From NCBI GenBank assembly GCA_013239625.1, contig MU053934.1:155241-219240 (forward strand): a DNA stretch of 64,000 nt, given 5' to 3'. The position numbers and the translations under genes were made by a program. This stretch comes from Lama guanicoe. Taxonomy: Eukaryota. This document shows, piece by piece, positions 53,901 through 64,000 of the stretch. Each line of letters begins with the position of its first letter. The stretch's first letter is position 1. Below the pieces are notes generated by a model. It saw only the letters and a program-made list of their open reading frames with translations, did not search any database and had not been told where the DNA came from.

Positions 53901-55600
53901 CAACATATTTCTAATTTGTTTGTTAGACATTCCTTCTTGAAACAAGAATCATTTCCCAAAGGATTCCAAAGTACATCGTTTGGAAGCTTCTTTGCATAAG
54001 TTGGTGGTGAATTTTCTTTGTTTCTGCTCATCTAGGTCCTCTTCTCTCATGCTTGAAAGACTGTTAGTTTAGGTATAAAACTTGTTGTTATTGTCTCTGA
54101 GCATATTAAAGATGTTTTTCTACTCTTTTCTGGCTTCCACTGCTGCTGCTAAGAACTCTCATGATGCACACGGAATTTTTTTTTCTTTTTTTTTTTTTTG
54201 TAGGTAATCTATCTTCTCTCTCTGGCTATTTTAAAAATAACTTTTCTTTAAGGTGCTGTAATTTCACTACTATGGGTCTAAAAATGGCTTTCTCTTTATT
54301 GAAACTGATTAGGAAACACAATTCTTGTATCTATGAATATCTTCAACAGTTCTGAAAAATTTCCATTCACTATCCCATCCAGTGATGACTTGCTTCCAAT
54401 TTTCTCTATTATCTCCTTCTGATAATCTAACTAGACATATCCCAATATCTTAACCTCTCCCTAGTCTTCCATCTCTCTCTTTTTTTTTTCTGTGTGCTGT
54501 GTTTTGGGGAATTTCTTCAGCTCTCTCTTCTCATTTACTAAATCTCTCTTCAGCTGGGTCTAATCTACTGCTTAACACAGTCATTTAATTTGTAAATTCA
54601 ATAATTATATTCTTCACATCTAAAAGTCCTAGTTGATCTAAACAGGCCTATTCACCTTGGCAGATCTCTTGTTCCTCCACTCTACTTTCAATATTCTCTT
54701 TTTATTTCTCATGCAATACAAATGCTTCTATTATGTTCTATGCCCGATGAGTCTAATACTTGCAGCCTTTGAGATTTAATTCTCTAGCCTGCAGTTTCTG
54801 CCCTCTCTCATGGTAGCTTATTTCCTTGTGTGTACAGTGACTACTGAGGACTCGTTTTTCTAGAAACTCTCCCTAAAGAATTCTGAAGTCTTGTTTTTGA
54901 AAGTATTCTTCCAGATCAGATTTCTGTTTGTTTCTTCCAAGGGCCTGGAAATTTTTCATTTTTCTTCCTTTGTATTTCTGCCCCACACATATAATTTTAG
55001 CCCCCCATCCCCTGCAAATAATATGAGCACAGGCTTGAGATTAGAAACTCTCAGGGGAAACATTTCTCCTTTGTTCCCCTAAAAGCAAAGAATGGAATAG
55101 GCAACAATCTCTCTCGTCTTCTACACCATGGGGGTTTAAACTGTTTATCCACTGAATATATCACTTTTCATGGATCCTGACTTTATGCTAAGGTCTTCTG
55201 ATTGTCTTTTTTCCTGTTGGGGCCCAAGTTCCCACACATAGCATTTCAATAGAATGGGTATACATACTGTTTGCCCGATTTTGATTGAGGCCTGTTATCC
55301 CAGTGGAACTCATGGCAGCACTCCCTTGTTTGAACAGTAATTATACAGTTACCTTCTGTTAAACCAGGCTTCCAGCCACAAGGATCTGCAAATACCCGGA
55401 AAATCTCAGATGCACCTGCTTTTTGCTCATCCTTCTGTAGTTACTTTATCACTGTTTTCTGGCCTCTGCTGACTTCATGTACTTTATTGGACTGATCAAC
55501 TATGTTTTCAAAACATTAACAAAATTTTTGTATGCAGCATTTTTAGGTGTTCCTTATCGAGTTGGTTTTATGTTCCTCCCCTCTGAACTTCTAACTCATG
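51000..55600 (-). mobile_element. Long, highly decayed ancient L1 (L1M/L1ME-like) body
   Basis: T-rich 4.5-kb block with recognisable antisense L1 phrases (ttcacttccctgattaac, aaacccaacttggccatgatgtat, gtctggttttggtatcaagg, gcatttaaggct). No long ORF. Confidence 0.7.
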
Positions 55601-56239
55601 ATATTGTTGGGAAGAGTCCCATGTATTTCATCTATTTTCCTGATGTTTAACAAGTACATGACATATTGAAGGAACTGCATAAATGCTAATCGAAAGAATA
55701 AATGATGTAAGCACTTTCTTTTTAAGTATTTTCTAATATTTTGTAATGAACTTCAAGTACATTAAAAAAAAAGTTCTTTCTTTTTGACTCTGTGATTTCA
55801 CTCCTGAGAAGGTGTGAACTTTGAGCTGTTTGTTACAACACCATTTATATTTGTGAAAGTCTGAAAACAACTAAGGTAACAAGAATGACTAAGCAGTGGA
55901 AAAATACAAAATACCATGTGTATTGTGACAATAAATGAGACACAATACACACACAATGTGGAAATGGACCAGAAACCAACTAGAAAAGACTGATTGATTA
56001 GAAAAGGAAGGTTTGGGGTCCATTTTCCTTTTTAAAACTTGCAATTATTGTTACCATGTGGTCTCCTGGGCAATGGACATAAATTTTAAGTGAAATAAAC
56101 TCTCTATGGATACATACATCTACTTCCGCTCTGTTACAGCCAGAGGGCAAATACACTTGGCATCAGACAGGCCTGGGTTCAAATCTTTGATCTGTCACTT
56201 AATTAGATGAGGTCAGTTCCTCACTCCTTCTCTACCATG

Positions 56240-56581
56240 GGGAGGGAATTCTGATACAGCCCTTAACTCTGGGCTCAGCCATACAGTTACTTTGGCCAAT
56301 CGGGTATCAGCGAAAAGGCCTCAGGTTTCCTTGTGTGCCTTATGGCTTCCTCTCCTGCCTCTGCCTCACCATGAGAACAAGCCAGACTGGCCTGCTGATG
56401 GGACACGGGAGACACTGGAGGAGAACCAAGCTGCCCCAGCCACCAGCCAATCCATCTGGTTAAGGCAGAAACTATTAGACACCATTCAGCCAACCTGCAG
56501 ACTCATCACGGTTGTTGATTTAAGCCCCGATTAGAACAGTTTGTTACACAGCATTATCTATGGCAGTAGATAACTGATACA
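56240..56581 (+). mobile_element. MaLR LTR (MLT1H-like)
   Basis: tgggctcagccat...ctttggccaatcggg...caccatgagaacaagccagactggcctgctg..., ending gcagtagataactgataca. Confidence 0.65.
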
Positions 56582-57198
56582 CTCCACCGCCTTCATCTAT
56601 CTACTGCCAGGCCCTACCACTATGTTTGGTACCTAGAGACCAAGGATGAAGGCTTTTCTGTCCCTGTCCCTTCTCCTTGAGGTAGAATGAGACATTTATA
56701 CGTCTCACTTCATCCACAACCATCAGAGCAACTGCCATTTTTCTTTTTTTATACATTTATTTCCTTACGTGTTTCTCTGCTCTTCTATATCAAGAATGAT
56801 TTGAAAGTAGAAAACAAGTGATTCATATCTGTTTCTACGGCACCTGGCACAGAGAAGGCCCTCAGTAAATGTTTTTGTTTGAATTAAATGACTGGATTTG
56901 GGGAGCTGACATGATCCAGAACAGCCAGCAGCAGGTGGCGGAAAGAATGACCACACATGCTGGCTCTTATGCTGGGAAGCCTTATCCCTTCCAGAAAGCC
57001 CAAACAAGACAGAGAGCCAAAAAAATACAAAGAAGAAAAGCACATTCTTTCTGCTCTTCTGCACCTTTCTCTCTCCCCAAGATGCACACAGCACTCCAAG
57101 CCACTCATCCCCCTCGAAGGGTGCTGCCCCATCCCTCTGCCACCACTGGTCCTCACTCTAATTGGGGGATGAGCGGGTGCCCACCAGGGCCTTCCTTA

Positions 57199-57375
<177 letters not shown>

Positions 57376-59134
57376 TCAGGTTGGCAGGCTGGCTCTCACA
57401 GCACCGCATCTACTGCACAATCTCTCTTGAGCCTCCTGCTCTGAACAGTCTGGCTTGTGCTGCAGGGCATTTTCCTTGCCTTTCCCCTCTAGAAACCAAG
57501 CAATAATGTTTGGACAGAGATGGGGGAAATGTCCCACGCTGACCTGAAGCTCCTGGGTCCTGCTGGCGTCAGCCAGCATCACGCAGCAAAGGGATGTGGG
57601 GGGGGTGCAGACAAGGAGCACCTTTTCCACCCAAGCTGGTATGTAATAAATGACGTCACTTCTCTGTCCCTCTTCTCGCTTCACCCAGGAGCCCCTGTCA
57701 TCCATCCTGAGCCTCCGGGAGAGGAAACTGCGTGATGACAAGTTGCTCTGCTCATTCAGGGGCTGAGACAAACGACGGATCCTACTTCAGCAGCATTTCC
57801 TGGGGCTTTGGGTAGACTCGATGATGGATGTGCCTGGGGTCCCTGTGCCAGGGTGCCCGAGTACACACTGCTCCCCATTTCCAAATCCAGCTCTGACTTT
57901 TCTAGGGAAGCCTTTCCAGCTCTTCTCCAAGCTCCCGCACGAGGCTGTACTTATTAACCAGCTGCTGACAGGTGGTGCTGGGAGGTGAATTATGGGCCTT
58001 AGCGGAAGGAGATGGCTGAATAAACTATCCTCATTGGACATGGACATGCAATTGCTAGCTTTTGGGGACACACTCAAGTCATTGTGCCCTGACTTGAAAT
58101 ATGACAATGGAGGACAATTTTCCCCTCAGGTTTAAAACAGCTACCTGGGTAATTTTTAACTCATTCATTATACCGTATCTCATGTTTGAAAAAGGAAATG
58201 AGTTTCTGGCTGCTTGGGAAATACTGAACAGTAACAATGCTAAAGAAAAAAAAAGTGAAGTAGCCCTACAGAGTTTCTTGTTTCCTCTGGATTAGAAAAC
58301 TTTGCAAGAATTCAATGAATCACACAAGTGAATGACGAACAAAAACACAGAGGGTGAGCTTGCTTTTTGGTTGAACAGAAAAGGATAAAAGGCAGAGAAC
58401 TCTGAGAAATCTCTGCACGTCAAGATGGTCATTTATACCATGCGAAACTCAAAATCTAAATATGTGACCCTGGTAGGTTCAAGGTCAAAGGCTCAGGCCC
58501 CCACATCTCTTAGCAAAAATGAGAAATGGGGTTTTGATGAATTTATGTTCATCATTTAGCGAAGTTCATGGGCTTTTTCAGATTGCATGGATTAAAAGCT
58601 AGTTTCACCAGCCAAGGAGGTTTGTCCCTTCTATTTAAATACATTTCCCTTGAGGATGGAGTCATTGTATAAGATCTAAGCAAAAGGCTCTGCTTTAAAA
58701 GTTCGGTTTTATTTGTCAGAAAGCCAAATGAAATCTTGTCTGGGAAATACACCTTGGCATTCAGGAATCTCAGGGGGCAGGCACTGCGCCTTCTACACCG
58801 AGATGAAGATGGTGATCTCCTCTTAACACACCAAATTATCATTTACTTATAAGACTGCTTCAATAAACGAGGAGCTCTCTGAGGCCAAGGACTGTGTCCT
58901 TCATTTATCTCTGTAATCCTATTTCTGAACACAGTCCCTGGCAGGCACAGTGAGCGGGGAAAGTCTGCTGAACCAACAAATGAATGACCCAGGGGAATGA
59001 ACTAAGGAGAGTGTGCTGTCGTCACAGGCTGGGAAGTATAAGGCCGATCTATCCACATAAGCAGTCACAAAGCAGCTGGAAAAGCCATGCAGACCCAGCT
59101 ACTTGCAAGTCTGGGAAACAGCCCCGGGTGCTCA

Positions 59135-59386
<252 letters not shown>

Positions 59387-60897
59387 TCAACCCAGGGCTC
59401 TGCCAGTTGCTCAGTATGAGACACTAAACCATCTCTCTGAAACATCCTTATCACAGGGGGGACACAGATAGAGACCTCCAGGGCTTCTGTAAGGACCAAA
59501 TGAGGTGGGCAAAGGAGCCCTGCACTTGCCGGAGATGGATGGTGCTGATGGCAGCACCTGGTGAAAGTACTGGCTGCCACTGAACTACACACGTCACGAT
59601 GGTGACAGGTTTATGTTATGCACATTCTACCACCACCACTCCCCCCACCCAAAAACGCCTCGCATTGCACCTGACACGCAGTATGTCCCTGCAAGCATAG
59701 ACTCTCCCCTGTTTTCCCCAGATACGCAACCATCTACACAGGGCGAGCTGATGGATGGTGTTTGTACATCACATGCCATTTACCTTTACAGGGAAAGAAA
59801 AGCAGATCCTCTCTGACTTTACTCTCAGCAGGTCTTTGCCAATTCGCTTTATACAGACTGACGAGACATAAGAGCTCATTTCAGTGCTCCGGATTTCAAT
59901 AGCCTTCTTTGGCCCAACACAGTCGACACAGATGTAAACTATAGTGAAGGCTGTGCTGACGCTGGGTGTTCAAGGTGTGCGCCAAGACCCTCTGGGTTTA
60001 TAAGAAACTGACAGAGACCGCTTACCCCCTCCTCTCCACCTTTTTTTCCGGGGTTAGTTTTTATGGGGACGGTCTTGGGTGAATGGGGGACTTGGGTAGG
60101 AAGGGAAATTACCATTGTATACACTTGCACATTTTTAAAAAAAATGTTAAAACAACCAAATGGATTATTCTAGTGAATATAACCGTAGAAGTCTAAAAAG
60201 AAAAAAAAATGTTGGCTTCGTCCAATGGCTTAGGAGCAAATGTCTACCAGCAGCTCGGTGAGCGCAGCCAGCAGAAGCAGAGAGCTGAGAAAGCACACGG
60301 ACAGATGAGAGGATGTCCCTGCAGGCCACTGCAGTTAATCTGGTGGCTGGCATGGTGGCACCCGTGGGCTCCCACATCAATCCCGCTTAGGAGGCTGAGC
60401 TCAGCAGAAGAGTCAGTGGAGAAAACTCCAGGCAGTTGAAAAATGATCTTAGTTGGTACCTGGTACGTACATTTCTAAGACTGTTGGAAAGAAACCGATT
60501 CCCCAAATCACACATAAATGTCAACACGGAGACTTTTTTTTAAAACTTATTCCAGTAGCACACACTTGGAGAAAAAGTGTATTCACTATTTAGTGAAAAG
60601 TGTTTGGTCAGGTAGAGTTGAAATTAAAAAAAATATATATATATGGTTATGGGAAAAATGGGATAATATCAGAGATCTGAACTTGTAAGTCAGAAGAGCA
60701 AATCACATCTACTGCGTGTCTCCCTTGTGCTTTGTTAGGTCTTCTGCACGTTGATCAGCTAGACAGTGTCATCCTTATTTTGTAGGTGGGGAAACTGAGG
60801 AGGGGCTGAGTCAGACACTTAAACTTTTTCCTTTTCTGACTTTTGGTTTGTAAAAGGAGGAAAATGCTACTTACCCTGCAAACTCAGAAAGCTGCCT

Positions 60898-60910
60898 CGC
60901 CCCCTAGTGG
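60898..60910 (-). promoter_or_regulatory. Candidate CTCF site
   Basis: The plus strand reads CGCCCCCTAGTGG, i.e. CCACTAGGGGGCG on minus, a consensus CTCF core. Confidence 0.45.
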
Positions 60911-61119
60911 GAGGCTAGTAAATGTTTATCCAGCAGCTCTCCCGGGAGGGGAAAAAAACCAAAACCTGATTTGTAGCGTTTGCCTATTCCTATGGTGCAA
61001 ATACTCTCACTGTGGCCAATTTCAAGCTACCTATGTGATGTCGTCAAGCAAGCAGTTGGGAAGAAAAGTGCCCAATTGGCCCTCCTGAGCTCGGGGGAGC
61101 GAGGTCCAGCACACCACTG
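60905..61119 (-). mobile_element. MER63A-like non-autonomous hAT element
   Basis: Terminal inverted repeats tagtgggaggctag / ccagcacaccactg, with internal cctgatttgtagcgtttgcc...ggccaatttcaagctacc matching my recollection of the MER63 consensus. Confidence 0.8.
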
Positions 61120-61629
61120 AAAGTGTTCCCCAGACGCGGAAGGAATTTTAGAAATAGCGAAATTCACCACAAGGGTGTTATCTGATCGCTTCTTTGGGGG
61201 AGAAAGGGAAGGAAAATGTACAAAGTTACAAAAGCTTCCAAAGAATAGATTCCAGTCACCCATGTGAAGGAAAATTTCATTAAATCTTATTGCAGAAACC
61301 AATTTTAATTAGATTTAGTGTTAGGGATAGATGCTCCAATATACAGAAACAGTGAGGGGTAGGGGTGGAAGCTCTAAACAATGATGAAAGATATTTATGC
61401 ATATTTTGAAGCCTCTAGAGGAGCGAGGAGCAGATCTTCCAGTCTCTGGAGATGGAGCTGAGAACTGAGGTTTTAAAATGGTGTTAAGACTTGGCAAGTC
61501 CTAAGTGGCAGACATGATTCCACACCGTTTGCCAGGCTCGATGAAAAGAGAGGGGGTGCCCAGAACAGAAGACTGCAGTCAGCAATGTGAGGTCATTCTC
61601 TCAGGCACCCAGCTTTCCCCTTGGTGTGA

Positions 61630-62270
61630 TTTTAATGTAATTTTTAAAAAGCATGAACTATTTCAAACCAACAGAAAACTACAGAGACTGACAGGACAAA
61701 TCCTTACCCCACTGATTCAGTAAGTGCTGATCTATTGTCCTATTTGCTGTTTATAATAAAATGTCCCAAGTAAATGAAAAACTCCTCCATCTCAGTTAAG
61801 CCCTCCCTTCCCCAAGGGTAGCCAGCATCCTGGAGAGACTAGGTCTCATTTCTCTGCATGTGTTTTAATTTTTATTCTCTATGTACATAATAATAAACAA
61901 TATATGGTGTTTTTAGTATGTTTTAAAGTGCACATTTTCTATTCTAACTTACTTTTCACCTGATGTTACGGCTTTAAGATTTAACCGTGTTAAGATTTCA
62001 GTATCCAGTTTATTCAGCGTAATCACTTGATTTGCTGCATAACTATACCACAATTTATTTGCGCGTTTCCCCTGCAGAAGGACGTTCTGGCTGTTTCCTG
62101 TGTTCCTGCCCTTATAAACAATGCAGCAATAAACATCCTAACGCCAATTCATCGGGCACAGTTCTGAGAGCTTTGCTGGGGTAGAGCCTCCAAAGCTGTG
62201 CAAGGATTGCTGGGTTGGTGGTGCTATCTGTCCAGAAACATCTCAGAACTGTTCCGTCTTCCTTCTCTCT
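61630..62270 (-). mobile_element. Old L1ME-like fragment
   Basis: Decayed antisense L1 3' text (actatacacaatttatttg..., aaacaatgcagcaataaacatcc, ggattgctgggttg). Confidence 0.55.
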
Positions 62271-62397
62271 TACACCCAGGCCACCACAAAGACCCATGGA
62301 TTCTATGTTTAAAATGCCTCTCATGTCTCTTCTTTAACTCACTCATTCAACAGTTATTTATCGAGCCCCTATGACGTGCAACCTAACTGAAACTTGC

Positions 62398-62632
62398 TTT
62401 TTAAAAACTGTATTGTGGTAACACTGGCTTATGGCATTATGTAGGTTTCATGTGTGCAGCATTATACAAACATGAAGACACAAAGAACAGAGTAGGGGTT
62501 ATCAGAGGGGAAGGGGCAGTGAGGAGAGGGTGAAATGGGTAACGGGGGTCAACTTTAGGTGATGGATGGAAGCTAAGCTCTCAGCGGTGAGCACGCTGCA
62601 GTATACACAGAAGGGGAAATATAATGTATATA
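62398..62632 (-). mobile_element. L1 (L1MA9-like / laurasiatherian) 3' end with inverted 5' segment
   Basis: 62398-62468 is the L1 terminus in minus orientation. 62469-62632 is the immediately upstream L1 text in plus orientation and ends at gaaatataatgt, where the terminal piece begins. Confidence 0.65.
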
Positions 62633-64000
62633 CAATTCATTTTAGAGGTGTGTTTTGAGTATCTCCTAGGGTTCTTTTCACTGAGTTAACTGGGGGCTCA
62701 GCAGTTTGTTCTTGGGGAGCAAAGCCTAACAGGGAAGGGAGACGGGGAACCAAGAAAATGCAAAACAGCGACAGACGCGAGATGTGGTAAGAACCACGGG
62801 AGTCAGGAACAAGGGAATCGACTGCCATCTGGGGGTCAGGAAGCATTAGGGAAAAACTTCCTGAACTAACCGATGCCGAAACTGAAACCTAAAAGATACA
62901 GAGGATTACACACCTGAAGGTCAAGCAAGACAGACGTCTCCCTTCAGGGCTGTGAATGTCCATCAGGCAGGAGGCATTTTCTACCACGTTTGAACAGCAG
63001 ACCTTAAAAGGTAATGATCCATTTCCCTCTCTTCTCCCCAAAAGATGAAAATTAAAGAGGCTGCATAAAGTTGTTTAGCATGGATGAAAACATTTGTCTT
63101 TGCTCATAAATCTTTAATTAACCACAGGTTATTTATATAATAAATATCCCCGTATCCTGACACTGAGGCAGAAGTGTGAATGCCTGAAACAAGGCATCTT
63201 TGTCGCTGTCACAGGAGGGAGCGCAGGGAACACGGAAACTCTGCTGGACTTGGAACCACAAGCCCTGGGTTTAAGTCCTGACTGCAATATCTCTGGAAAC
63301 AAAGTCACTGGGATTCTGAGTCCCAGTGCCTTTATTTGTACTATGGGGACAAATTCCAAGATGATTATAAGGACTTAAAAATTATATCTTTAAAAGTATC
63401 TGGTGTAGGACATGGTTTATGATGTCCTACCTTGAAGTAAAGATTCCATGACATTAAAAAATAACAGTGCCTCATACAGGACAAATAGTACCCAATATTG
63501 CAAAATATTGATTGACTTGAGGAGTATTAATTGAGAATGCATGTCCATACCCGATCATTCATCTACAAGCCTGAATTCACTGGTCTTTCTAAGAATCTTA
63601 AAAATCCCCTGTGCACCTGGAATGCATTGGACACTTAAAACCTGTCAAATATCGCCAGATCTGTATTCCTTCTCAGTCTTCTGTCCACAATCAGCTTAGG
63701 TTATCACCACCAGCATGATTAGGATGTCCCCTGGGGTTACCGCATGTGGCAGCTAAACGGGTACAACCCACAGGGAAGAAAAAACAATAACGAGGGACAG
63801 AAGATCCACCCCAAGGACCGTCGTGCACAAATTATGTTCCTGAGCAGCTAAGGAGTCTGTCTGCTTAAACTAACAAATATGACCACGCGGACTCGTACTT
63901 GTGGGAGAAACTGCCTGTTTCTTCAAAGGTTGGGAGTGTGTACCCAGATGGTACGAGAGCTGAAAAACAACATTTCTGGGAGAAATAAAAACTCCAACCA

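Overview
This is mammalian genomic DNA. It is probably cetartiodactyl, and a camelid is my best guess: the L1 3' ends look artiodactyl-type and I see no Alu, B1, CAN, PRE-1, Bov-tA or CHR SINEs. The whole window lies inside LARGE1 (xylosyl/glucuronyltransferase, the alpha-dystroglycan matriglycan polymerase) on the minus strand. Five consecutive coding exons with canonical AG/GT sites and compatible phases are present: 59168-59280, 57205-57330, 29549-29704, 13256-13419 and 4272-4550. They encode about residues 298-577 (human numbering from memory). The rest is intron, rich in old repeats (MIR, L2, L1, MaLR/ERVL LTRs, hAT and Tigger remnants). Most ORF-track entries are noise. The most notable non-routine items are: (1) a recent 2061-bp head-to-tail duplication carrying a fossil Charlie-type hAT transposase, plus a third partial copy beside a 246-N gap that may be an assembly or haplotype artefact; (2) a ~135-bp inverted repeat pair at 17449-18470; (3) a CpG-rich GC-box/CCAAT/TATA-like cluster at ~11660-11760 oriented toward the glucuronyltransferase-domain exon; (4) extreme GC3 in the 4272-4550 exon, with apparent amino-acid changes; (5) two 5'-inverted L1 insertions and a CTCF core formed at a MER63 junction. 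I found no convincing novel multi-gene system. Repeat subfamily names and boundaries are by eye and approximate.
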